Below, one piece after another: positions 31,807-43,652 of a DNA stretch of 64,000 bases. The stretch is taken from positions 930,001 through 994,000 of the forward strand of contig CAKKNE010000005.1 of assembly GCA_918797485.1 (NCBI GenBank), written 5' to 3'. This DNA comes from Pelagomonas calceolata. Its lineage: Eukaryota. The notes below the pieces were generated by a model. The model did no database searches. It saw only the letters and a program-made list of their open reading frames with translations, and was not told the DNA's origin. Within the stretch, counting starts at the first letter, position 1. Each line of letters begins with the position of its first letter. Made by a program: the position numbers and the translations under genes.

Positions 31807-34800
31807 TCACCGCGACGCTTCGCGCGCGGCAAGCTTCGCCTGCTCCGCGAGCGACAGCTTCGGCGCGGCCGTCGGCGGCGGGCTCCGCGACGGCGTCCGG
31901 GCCGCGCCCGGCGCGTGGGCGTAGCGGTGGGGCCGCGCCGGCAGCTCGTGGCCCCGGCGTTTGGGCAGCGCCGTGTCGTAGCGGCTTCTAGCTGAAGGCG
32001 GCGGCTGCGGCGGCGCCGGGCCGTAGTGGTTCGCCGGAGGCGGCGGCGAGCGGCTCTGGCGGCTGCCGTAGCGCGCCTTGGGCTTCGGGGACCGCGACCG
32101 GCGGCGGCGGCCGCGCGAGCGCGACCGCGAGCGTTGTCGAGGCGGCGGGCTCCGCGACGATGAGGGAAGCGCCGTGTCGTAGCGGTTCTTGCGGCGCTTC
32201 GGCGAGCGGGAACGGCCCTTGCGGCGCGACCGCGACCGCGAGCGCCGGCGGCGGCGCTTCTTGGGCGAGCGCGAGCGCGAGCGCGAGGACGACGAGGAAG
32301 GTGACCGCGCGGCGCGGCGCTTTCTCTTCGGAGAGCGCGAGCGCGAGCGCGACGACGACGCCGAGCGCGACCGCGAGGGCGACTTGCGGCGTCTGCGACC
32401 GCGCGACCGCGACCGCTTCTTCTTCTTGGCGTCGGCCTTGGCCTTCTTATCGTCATCAGAAGAGCGGCGCTTCTCGTAGTGCGGCGGCAGGCGCGCCTTC
32501 GGCGGCTCCGGCGGAGGCGCCGCGCGCGCGACGGCGGCCGCCACCTTCGCCATGTCGGCCAGGGACGTCACGCCGCCGATGCGCGTCGCCGCGAAGGGCT
32601 GCGACGGAGGCTTCTCTTCGCGTGGTGTGGTGGGCGTCACGACCGTGGCCTCGCGTCCCTTCAGTGTAGCTTCCCTCCGCAGCGTTTCAGCCAAACCAGG
32701 TTTAGCAGATGCGACGCGCTGGAGACAGTCTGACAGGGCTTTTTCGGTCGTTTCTTCCGAATAGTTCGCGGCCCACGCGTCGTCCGGATAATCTGCCGGT
32801 AAATAATGACAGGCGAAGACCGCGCGGTCGTAGGGCGACAATTGACGCACTTGCTCCATCATCCTCCCAGAAGCTTGCGAAATAATATTGACGCCGTACG
32901 CGATCGACCCACCTTCATAGTTCCTCACCAAATGAGGAAACAGCGGCGGGATGAATAACGCGTCGCCCGGGCGCATGTCCAGGTCAAAACGCGGCCCCCT
33001 CAGTTCATGTTCGACGTCGACATCTCTCCTATGACCCGACGCCAAGATAGATAGATTGGACCTATCGTCGTCGGGGAAGGGTAGCCACACGCTGACCTTC
33101 TTCCGGCCCTGGAGTAACACGTAGATCACGCCTGAGCCTAGATAGTCCACATGTGGTCTGAGATCACCACTCGGACCGGGCTGGATCACGAGGAACTGTT
33201 CGCTATCGTCGTAGGCACCATATAAAGCTGTAGCGAACCGCGGCACGCCCTTCAGACAAGGCGCCCTCTCCAGAGCATTGGAGCGTCTTTTATCTGTAGA
33301 CTCACCGTTGAGCACTTCTAGTAATCGACCGCCTAGCTTCGGCGTGAGCGCGACGGGCGTCTTGTGCACATCCAGCGACAGAGCCGCATCGACACTGACG
33401 CTGCCACCGGCGAAGCTGAGTAGAGATAGAGACCCGTGGCCTAAGTCGCGTAATCGCCTGAGAAACTGCTTCGGGCCCTCTTGAAAATAAGATAACAAAG
33501 TAGCGTCCTTCCCTAGAGCGTTTCTGACACATAGCGGCGCGTCGTTGCCGTCGTCTAGTGCTTTGGCCACGATAGAGGCAAACTCGTCGCCCGAATGAAT
33601 GGGTAGGTCTCCCTTCGACGTTGATGGTTCGACAGCTGGCAAAGACGCCTCGACGCGGGCGATGGCCTCCCGTAGCACCGCCTCGCGCTTCTCCAGAGGC
33701 ACGCGCGCGACCATCTGTCGAACACGTTCTTCGTCAATAGTAATAAGAGGCCGTATTCTCTCCACAGAAACATTCCGTTCAAAATCACCGTCGTCGTATT
33801 GGATACTGTAAGCGTCCTTCTTGACCGCCGCGATGCGCCCTGCGTGGAACGATGCCGTCACATCGACGCCATCGACGCGACCTTGAAGTTCGGAAACGGT
33901 CGGAAACGGACGCCGCGAGCGCACCGGGGAAGAACTCGCCCTCGTTTTTCCAGTCGGCCTCGACGCGGTCGCCCACGGAATATTTTTGAGTTCTCAACTG
34001 AGAGATGGGCACGTCGTCGTCGCTACTCTCGTCAGGTGTCGGCGGCGCGGCGGCCTGTGTGGAATGGACGCCGTCGCGAAACTGCCTCCGTCCATTCGCG
34101 AGGCGCGTCGACGGCGTCGCGGCGGCGCGGCATCGCGGTGACGCCGTCGCGGCGACCACGTCAAATCAAAGTTTCACGAAGACGCCGCGTCAGCACCTCC
34201 TCGGCGGCCGCGGGCGCCTTCGGCGGCCGGCCGCGCTTCTTCTTTACTGGTGGTTCCTCGTCCTCACTCTCCTCGAACAAGTCTTTCGGGAGCGCCTCGT
34301 AGTAGCTCATGACCTGGACCGGCGGGCGCCCCGTCTTGAGGCGTCGCGCGATCACCGGCCACGTCTCCATCGACGCGCCGAGTTCACCCACCAGAGATCG
34401 CAGCTCCGACGTCTCGTCCGGCGTCCAGGGCTTGTCCTCATTTTTAGCTCGTTCCAGCCTCCGTCGTTCCTCGAGGGCTCTAGCTCTACGAGCTCGCAGG
34501 TGGTGCCCGCCCTCCTCCCGCACGATCGTCAGAAACGCCGTGGCCGTCTCAAATCTGAGCCCGTCGTCGTCGTAGCGCACGACCCACGCTTCATCCGAAT
34601 CTGTGGCATCCACCACGATGCCGCGATACGTTTTCCCCTCGGGCGCGCCAGCAGCAAACGCACTCCCAAAGGCTAGCGCCGGCGCCGTCACGACAGCCCC
34701 AATACGCATCTCCTGTACAACAGGAGGCGCGTCCTTCTTCTTGGGGACGGGCTTCTTGGCCTTCGTAGTCGTTTTCTTCTTCTTCTTCTTCGGCTTCTTG

Positions 34801-35312
34801 GGCTTCGGAGGTGGTATTTCCTCTTCACCACCATCGGAAGATTTGCCCTCGCCGGTGGGCTCGGAGCCGGCATCAGACAGCGGCGGTGCCTCTGGTATCG
34901 ACCGTACTCGCTTCGGCGGGTCCGGCGCCCAGAGCGGCGTGAGTAGATCGGCCTCGGGCATCGCTAGTATTTCTGCCGGCATGACCGTTTCTCTCGGATC
35001 GACTTCGCCCGACGGCGCCTTGTGTAGTGTATTGGGCAGGGGCACACTATCCCAGGCGTCGGCTATCGACGGCGCGCCCTCGGGGAGGTCGGCCCAGCTC
35101 GGCTGTCTCCCTATGCTTTGCCCTGGTGAGGTTGGTAATTGGCCTGGTGAGGGCAGGCCCGCCCAGCTCGGCTCGCGGCCGACGGCGCCCAGCGCCGCGC
35201 CCGGCGGCCCCGGCGACGCCGGGACTCCGCCCCAGCTCGGCTGGCGGCTCGCGGCCGGCGGCGCGTCGCTCACGTCGTCGTCGAAGATGCCGAGGAAGGA
35301 CTCGTTCATCAT
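31807..35312 (-). CDS. Chromatin protein with Tudor-like, Myb/SANT, AT-hook, Tudor, JmjC and RS-rich tail; join(35312..34197,34054..33925,33839..31807), 1092 aa
   Basis: PWTPDE..W..IA; KRGRPP; VGDRVEADW..FPG|RI..IQYDDGD; PHVD..GRKKV..PGDALFIP..PH.V.N. Confidence 0.8.
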
Positions 35313-35971
35313 GGTTTAGACTCGTCCCGGCTCCGCCGAGCCCTGGGGTTCGCCCGCGCGTGGAAGTTTGCTGCGGAGAGCGCTGATCCAAACTCGCTTG
35401 CAAGGCTCTCCTGGAACCCCGTTTCGCCACGGGCGCGTCGCAACTCTTTTTCGCTGTGCAACACAGTGCTCAGTGACGGCTACCTGGCGTCCTGTGTCCC
35501 GCCTGCAAGTCGCATCCGCGGCCGCCAGCCGCTCTTCGTGCTAGTGTCTTTTTTGATCCCTAGTGTCTTACAGCACGCTAGCTGGCGCCGCGTCTCTGGC
35601 TCTTTTTTAACTCATGCCGCCTTCGTGGTGGCCTCCTGGTTTTCGCTATACCGCGTTTCATCGCTGCGGCGCCATACTTTCAAGCTGCGCCGGTCTCCTC
35701 GATGCCGGTCAGGCGGTCCTCGACGCGGCGCAGGGTCTCCGGGTCCCCGGCCTCAACGAGAGGAGTCCTACGCCCGAGTTATTTTTGATTTTTATTAGAT
35801 GGAAAACCCCGTCGCCGGCAGCCTCGCGACGACCGTGGACTGGAAGTCTCCTATTTTTTTTTGTTTTTGTTTCTTTTTTTCTCTTTTTTGTTTGGGGGAG
35901 GGATAGTTTCAGGATGACTCGCAGCAGACGCACAACCCGCGCCCGTGGTACATGTACAGAGAACAGCACAG

Positions 35972-38900
35972 TCAGCCGTCGACGGTGTCCATTGGTGTTG
36001 GACCAAAGCCGTTCCGCTTGTACGCCTCGCGGAGCTTGCGCTCGCGATCGTTGGCCTTATCGCGGATCTCCTTGCGCAGCTTCACGATGGTCGCGTCTCT
36101 TGTTGAGCTATAGGACGTCGACGGCACCCTCGGCACCTGGGGTTCGTCTCCCATCGCGACCGCCAAAGTCACGAGGTTGACCGGGAAACCGCCCGCAGCA
36201 ATAAGCGCATCGCGCCGCTCAAATTCTTTGACAACTTCATCAGACTCAATGTCCGACTTGTCCTCAAAGACGATCTTCGGCCGTAGGTAGTCTTCGCCTT
36301 CTTTCTGCTCGAACCACTCTTCTGACGGTCCATCTAAAGCGGTAGGCGACGCGTCCGCGCCGTAGACCATGTGGAACGCGCACTGGTGCTTGCACAAACT
36401 TTTTAGCGTCTGGCGTTTGCTCTCGAACTTGCCGCGCAGGATTGGCCGCTCAAAATTCCCCAACGCAGCGTCGCACTTCGCCTCGGCATTGGGATCGCCC
36501 TTAAGCAAAGCCTTCGGGTGTTTTAACAGTTCGGATTGCGCGCGCTTCGCCGTTACTGAAGCCTCCGGTTGCGACGCTCCGACCGACTGCATGACGTCCT
36601 CCGCGACGTCGGCGCCGCTCAGAGCGTCTGTATCTAAAATGTTGCCCGGGTTCCCTCCTTGAGAACCAGCAGCTAATTCTTCGCGCCGCGCGGACTCGAG
36701 CTGAACTTCTTTGCGGTCGTGCACCCGCTCGAGCGCGATCCTCAAGTAGTCGACGAGCTGCGTTTTCGACCGGACCACATCCGAATAACCCCTAGAGTTG
36801 TTCTTGCCGACGAGCTCGTTGAAGCAGGGAAAGTCCGCTGGCGGTCTAGCATGAAGCGACGTCCAGGTCGTCTTGACCGAGAAGCCACAGTCCTGCAGCG
36901 CCAGACTAATTTGAGAAAGAGGCATGTCCTTCACCTCCTTGAGTAGAGAGCGTACCTCGGGCGCCCAGAGCGGAGCACCGACCGGCAGCGGCGTAGAAAT
37001 CAGCTCGTCGACCGGGTCGACCACGTCCTCCTGCTCGTCCGACGCCGGCGCTCTCTCCACCACAGCACCTTCGTCAATGACAACATTTGTAGCGCCCTGG
37101 GCCTCCACCTGCTGCGCGACGACCGCCGAGACCACGTCGTGCGGCGCGTCCGGCGGCGCGGACAGGTCCTCCTCCTCCGGGTTCGGCACGGCCGGCTCCG
37201 CGTCGTCGTCTTCCTCGAGCGCCTCGGCCGGCATCGTGTTCGGGAGGTCGCCGTACATGGCTCCTTTGACGCAGACGTGCCACAGGAACTCGCCCGTGGC
37301 GTTGCCGGTCCGCAGCGCGCCGTACAGGTAGCTTCTAAAGTCCTGGAAGCAGTGACAATTCTCTCCAAGTACCTACGATAATATGTGAGTCGTATGCGCA
37401 TGAAAGCAGCTCATCAACTCGGGTACGCACCGGCGAGGAGCCGTCGTAGAAAGTTCTCGCTAATAAGTCAGCCACGACCGTGGCCACGCTCTTCTGGGAG
37501 GGGTGCAAGATGACCACATAATACGAATTGCCCTCGAGCGGGTAGCAGCAGTGGCCTGCGTGCGCATCACTCGTTTGGGACGGTTTGAGAGGCGTAGACC
37601 CAGACTACCCGTCCCGATCGAGAGCGCTCCAAGTTGAGGGACCCTTCGAGTCGGACACGAGTAGGACAGCAGAAGCAGAGCGCATAGCAGCCTTTGACGC
37701 ACTCGCCTCGCTCCAGCTGAGCGAAGTCGGTAGCAGTAAACGTGACGTCTGTGACACCAGAAAGCGAGTCGGCGGCCTTGAACAAGAAAATGCGGCCGGG
37801 AGCGGTGCCGGCCATGTAGATCGGCGACCCCACAAAAATTCGCATCCAGTAGGGCTCCTGGGCCGCGCGGCACTCGGGGTTCTGGTCGAAGAGCGGGAGG
37901 CCGCGGACGCGCCTGCGCGCGGACGCGATATTAGCGGGCGCGTCGGCGGCGGTCGGAGTGCGGTTCTGCAGGACTCGGGACGCGCACGCGAGGGCCGAGA
38001 TGGCGCGCTTGCGGCACTGCACGCAGACGTCCAGGTACGGGTGCCAGTCGAAGAGGGCGTGCCTGCGCGCAAGCCAAAAGTTGTTGCGCTCGAATAGGCG
38101 TGCGAAGGCGTTCGAGACTAATAGTAGTGGTGTACGAACAACAAGGTCGAGGCGTTGTGTAGTGATAGACGCTGCTTGAGGTACATGACCGCCTTGACCC
38201 ACTGGAAGGCCACGCTTTTGGTCGTAGGATTCTCGCCGAAGTTCACAATGCCCAAGATGTCAAACAGCCACGGGAAGCCGTGCCTAAGAAAAAGAATGAA
38301 CAAAAGCACGCGTGGTCTAGACGCAGCTCGCGCACGACGAGTCTCTCCCTTCGCGCCACCGGTTCATCAATTTAGCAAGAGTTATTCCTTTTATCTTCCA
38401 GCCGGGCTTCCCTGTGTGTAAAACAAGTCTACGATCGAGTAGGAAGGCGGCGGCGACGCGTAGCCGGTCCGTAATAGATTGGGTCATAAACCCGGGCCGG
38501 CCCGGACCTCGTACTGGTTGTTTTGGACGCGGACGCGTGCGCCAAATAACGGTCGAGTAAGCATCGTCCTTGAAGCGCTTTCGGGCCTCGTCGACTAGAT
38601 GTTCTAACAGCAACTTCACTACTTTGATGCGGAGCTCGTTCATCGCCTTCTTCTTGGCCTCTTGTTTTTCAGCATCTCGCTCGGTTGCCGATGGCCTTTC
38701 ATCATCAAAAGCCCGTGGCGACGAAGGACGCCGCTGCCGCTTCGGCTCCGGCTCCTCTTCGGGATCGGGAGGTGAAGACACCAACCGTTCTAAACAATCC
38801 CTCAGTTTCTCGAGGACCCTATCGTCTCGCGCATTCACCAGGTCCCAGAAATCATCCGTGTCGATCTTGAGCGTGCCCAGCAGATCGAGAGCGTCGTAGG

Positions 38901-40122
38901 GCAACTCTCTAATACCGTCGTAGAGCGTCCTTGCTATATTCTTTAACAAAGAATTCAAATAATGTAAGACGACGGGAGACAGGTGATGGGCCTGTGCCAA
39001 CAAGGCCATGTCGTCGCTTCCATCAGCCGCGAACACCGGCAACATACGTGTTAATAAATCCTCGAGTAGGCCGCGCGCCTTGTTCTTGTCCAACGTTTCA
39101 ATAACATCTAGTGGAGCCGGCACATTGGAGATGGACTCGGGCAATATCTCCTCGAAGGGCGGCCACGTCACCTCCGGCACGAGCGAAATCGCGCCCTTGT
39201 GTAACGTCGTCGAATAAAAAACAAACTTCAGCTTCGGCGGCTTCATGGGCACGTCGACGCTGCCGCCAGTGATCCTATCTCTACCGTCGCGCTGCACATT
39301 CAAATCCTCTGGATCAGGACCGTAGCGGAGTTCGTCACCTCTTCCGACCTTGATCTGGGACACCGACGCCCTCGGGCGCGCCTCGTCCGATGACGCCGCG
39401 TCGGCGTCGACTTCCCCGCCCCGGAGTTCGGCGTTCTCGGCCTTGAGCTGCGCGATTTGATCCCTTAAATTATCTTCGGACAGGTTCAACAGGTCGTCGT
39501 CCGAGTTCTCCTCTTCCGCAGCGGACGTAGCCGGGGCGCTCGCGGACACGTGCGTCGAGGCGGCCCGCAGCGAAGCTTCGGTAGCTCCTGGCACCATCAC
39601 GTATTCGCACGTATTTCTAAACTCGGTTTCGCCCTGCCGCTTGAGCCAGAGTTTGCTTCTATTATGTGCCTTAGAAAGCACATCTCCAGTGGTGTTATCT
39701 ACATCTGAAGTAAACACTGAAACTTCCGCGTCCATCGTTGATAGCCTCCACGTCGCGTTCGCGTCGTCGCGAACATACTCTCTTTCCGCCGACTCGTTCT
39801 TCTCGGAGACGTCTTCTAATTCCACAACTAGTCGTGGTTGCATCACACCGCCCGAGCGAAGAAGCCGCGAATCCCTCTGGGAAAGGACAATGCCAGCTTC
39901 CTCTAGTCTTCTTTCTATGTCTTGGGTCATCGGCGCTTCACTGAAAATGACGCGACCGAGCCGCAGGCCCAGGGGCGGTGCGTCGACGCGCTTGAGCTTT
40001 ATGACCGCATTGTGGTCGCGGTCCGCCTGCTCGTCGAGGGCGGCGACTATGGCGCTCTCGGCTCTGTCTAAATTTACAACGACGCGGTCGTGTGCAATGA
40101 ACTCCTGGTTGCTTCGGGGCAT
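35972..40122 (-). CDS. Large hypothetical protein, 6 exons (introns ~38284-38335, 38063-38175, 37913-37987, 37556-37706, 37373-37430), ~1233 aa
   Basis: GT/GC-AG junctions join three ORFs into one frame of 3702 nt. No domain recognised. Confidence 0.6.
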
Positions 40123-40649
40123 GATAGAGCAATTCTTTGGCCGCGCTCCTCCGCGGCTCTCGCGCCAAATGGCTTAGATGTACCACTGCAGGTGCTGCTA
40201 GTGCCGCGGGCGAGCGCGCGCGCGACGGCGCACGCGTGTCAGCTTCGACGGGTGTCCTCGCTGCGCTGAACGGGTCAACGCGGCAGCCGCGGTCGCTCCG
40301 GGGCAGCACGAAGCGGCGGCAATAATAGGCACAGGCCACTGCCTGTTCAGGTTTCGACGCCCGCACGATGGAATCCCGCGACCGCTGCTCAGACACATCG
40401 AGACGACAAGACGGGCTAAGTAAGTGTTTCACGTCCTGCTAGTATGTACAGGACGCTAGCTATGGTCGTCGGCCGATGTTGGCCGTATGCTACGTGTGCC
40501 AGCTCTCCATATCGCAGCGCTCGTCCTGAGCTGCGCCAAGGTCCTATCTACCCTGTGCTGTTCATTTTCCTCTAAAGGCTGGAGCCACTGTAGATGTGCA
40601 TACAGCTTCGCGCTCGACCGCAAGCACGCCATCGCTGCGATTCAAGACA

Positions 40650-41468
40650 ATGGGCAAGTTCCTGAGGCGCCACTTCGGCCGCATGCGCCGCATCAGGCAA
40701 GCGCGCGCGCGCAACGCCCTGCAAAATAGTTGGCCGCACTACGCTCCCGAGCTCGTAGAGCTCGAGCAGATCCGACGCGAGGACGCCGCCTGGACGCCGA
40801 CGACGAGGAAGCCGCGCGGCGCGGCCGTCGGCGAGTCCAGCGACGACAGCGACGCGGAAGCGGAAGACGAGCCGCTGGCGGCCTTCGACCTCTACGCGGC
40901 ACTAGGCGTCCGCAAGGGGTCCAAAGGTGTATCAGGAGGGCGCTCGAGATGCTTTGCCCAGTTCCACAGTCGATCTGCAAAGCTGGACCCGGAGCGGTTT
41001 CGCGACGCGGTAGACTACGATCAAGACGCTTGGTTGCAGTATCGGCGCGTCGCCCTGGCCTTCGTGGTCTTGAGCGACGATGCGCGGCGGGAAGTCTACG
41101 ACAGCGCCGGCTACGACGGTTTACGAAAGTCGGAGTCGTACAGCGAACTCTCAGTGTTCGACCTGGACGCGATCGGTATTTTCGACGACTTCTTCGAAGC
41201 GCTAAACCCCTTGACAGGTGCGGAAGATCCGGAGATCAAGGAGTATCTGCTCCTGAGCGCGGCGGACGACGACGCGGGCGACGAGGACGACGACGCGCTA
41301 CCGGTCGTCGTGCGGAACGGCTCATCACAACGTAGAGAGGATCCCGGATCCTTCCCGCGGCCGCCTCCTCAAGCAGCTGCGGCCTCATTAGCGCTCTCGG
41401 ACACGGTCATGCGGAGTCGGAGACCCCAGTACCCCGGCGCGGACGCGTGGGCGAAGATTAAGAAATAG
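40650..41468 (+). CDS. Degenerate DnaJ-domain protein (no HPD)
   Basis: DLYAALGV ... AFVVLSD..RREVYD..GYDGL. The HPD position reads LDP. Confidence 0.7.
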   Translation: MGKFLRRHFGRMRRIRQARARNALQNSWPHYAPELVELEQIRREDAAWTPTTRKPRGAAVGESSDDSDAEAEDEPLAAFDLYAALGVRKGSKGVSGGRSRCFAQFHSRSAKLDPERFRDAVDYDQDAWLQYRRVALAFVVLSDDARREVYDSAGYDGLRKSESYSELSVFDLDAIGIFDDFFEALNPLTGAEDPEIKEYLLLSAADDDAGDEDDDALPVVVRNGSSQRREDPGSFPRPPPQAAAASLALSDTVMRSRRPQYPGADAWAKIKK

Positions 41469-41580
41469 TAAACACACACATTATGGTCCGAACGGCCCCA
41501 AAATCGCAAAAGAAACCACTCTCATGGAAGTGAGATGGCCACGAGTCACCTCGATGGCGTGAAGGCGCCACAGCACCTCG

Positions 41581-43065
41581 TCAGTGATAAAAGTGCATGC
41601 CGTAGGTCGCGTCCTTCATCAGGTAGCGCCGATCCTTCTCGTAGTCCTCGGGCACCTCGAACTGCGAAACACGACTGACGCGGTTGTAGTAGAAGATGCC
41701 CCGGCCGCGCTTGTCGCGGTAGGGCACCCAGGCGCCGATCGCACTTTTCTTACCTTTCTTGTTCTTGCCCGCCGCTTCCAATCTTTTTAGTTTTTCGTAT
41801 TCTTCGACTTTTTTCCTCTTTTCCTCGTCTAGTCTTAAAGTTATTTCCATGAGCGCTTCGCCCTCCAGGATAGCAAACGCGGAGGGTCGTCGGTTGCAGT
41901 CGTAGTCGAGCAGCTTGTGGACCAAGTCTACTCTTTGTTGCCGGCAGGCTCGTTTCAAAGGCGTATCCCTCGCATAACTTTCACAATTGACGTTGGCCCC
42001 GAACTCCAACAGAGCCTCGACGGCCTCCATACTACCCCGCAGTGCCGCGTAATGTAAAGCCGTCTCGCCGTCGACGTTCTTCGACTCTATGGATATCTCC
42101 GTCTCCGACAGCAGTAAGTCTATAAGAGGCACATGTAAAAAGTCCGCGCACAACATAAGTGCATTTTGCCCGCCTGCGTGTTTCATCGTGAGATGGAGGC
42201 GAGTCGCATCGATGACAGGACGCCGCGAGCGCGCCGATGTTGCTGCACTCCGGGTCGGCCCCCTCCTCGAGCAGTAGATCAACCGTGGGCACCCAGCCCC
42301 AGACGCACGCGTAGTGCAGCGCGCTATGGTCATGATAATCGACCTTGTTCAGATCACACTTCCGTTTGATCAAGCACGCGACGATCTTTTGGCGATCCTC
42401 GGCCTGTGGGGACATCGAGGGTATCTCTCGGAGGTCGTGTCCGAGACGCGGGTACGCGCGGTGCCCGGCCGGATCCACTCCATGTCACTCACATCACCGT
42501 CGGGCTTCTTGGCCAGGGGCAGTCCCTTCGAATCCACACCAAAGCGTCGCGCACAGAACGTCTCGACGGGCGGCGTGAACGCGACGTGTAACGGCGTCCG
42601 CCACTTCCCGTTCTCGAGGTTGACGTCCAATTCGACGTTCTCGAACTGGGGCTGGTTCTTGGGGTCCGTGATGAACTGGACCATGCGCAGGTAGCCCTCT
42701 CTACAGGCGATGTGGAGTAGGGTGTCATCATTCAGATTTGGGTATTTTCGGTTGACGAAGCGCCACTCGCTGATCAGAATGCCTCGCAATGCGCGGAAGT
42801 TGCCGCCCGCGATGGCCTCCGACTCCTTCGTTTGTCTGGACGCTCTGGGGTCGTCCGTGGCCGTTTCCGTGTCGCGCGGTCGTCGCGCTATGATCGTAGC
42901 TAGTTTCTCTTGGTCCTTCACAGAATTGTTGGCATCGACGGCGGACACCCATTCAATCACCGCAAAAATGAGGGAGTTTCTTTTACGATTATCGATGCGC
43001 AGGTCCTCCTCGACCTCCTTGCGCGACTCGCCCTGGGTCTCGACCTTGCCGCAGATGGCGCCCAT
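41581..43065 (-). CDS. Ankyrin-repeat protein with C-terminal WW domain; join(43065..42460,42403..42235,42173..41581)
   Basis: TLLHIAC, TPLH, SALHYAC, TALHYAA; W..Y....IFYYN..S.VSQFE.P. Two GC-AG introns. An additional in-frame intron in exon 1 is possible. Confidence 0.8.
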
Positions 43066-43652
43066 CGTGTCGTGGGCAGCCTATCAATCGTGGGCAGCCC
43101 ACGCGCAGCCGGTGGGCCGCGGCGGCCGCGGCTCGCACGGGTGCGCTGGTGCGTGCGTGCGCGCCTCGGCGCGTCGGATGCTTGCCAGTTTGTTGGAGCG
43201 CCGGCGCTGCCCGGACCCGCACGGAATTTACGAGCGGTGTCGTCGCACGGGCCATCGGTCCCGAGGCCTCCGGGGACCGCCCGAGCGCTCGTTCATGCAT
43301 TGTCGTTGGCAAGCTTCGCGGCATCTCGTTGTGCTCGCGTTGGGACGCGGCGCCAGAGCTCCCGTCCGCCACGCGATTGACGCGGCCGGCGCGGCGAAAG
43401 GCGGCCATCGCTCCACACACAAACTCTGCAGAGTTTGGGGGCTGCCCACCGCTCTGCAGGGGCTGCCCATCACTGGGGCCCAGCTCTGGGCAGAGCTCGC
43501 GCCGCATCCGTGCGCCGCCGCGACCGTACGCCGGTGCGCAGCTCGGTGCTCGCGTCGCGCGACAGCAGCCGCCAGGCGCGCGCGACCCGTGCAGACGCCG
43601 TCGCGCAGCAAAAGTCAGAGGGACGCCGCGGCCGCCGCCGACACAATAGGCC

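Noticed and set aside
32100..32420. (GCGAGC/GCGACC)n repeats
   Set aside because: Explained by the RS dipeptide coding tail.
35853..35893. T-rich tract resembling a retroposon poly(A) tail
   Set aside because: It is interrupted, I found no TSD, and it is consistent with 3' UTR low complexity.
35972..40122. Candidate autonomous transposase for the introners
   Set aside because: I recognised no DDE/hAT motifs or flanking TIRs.
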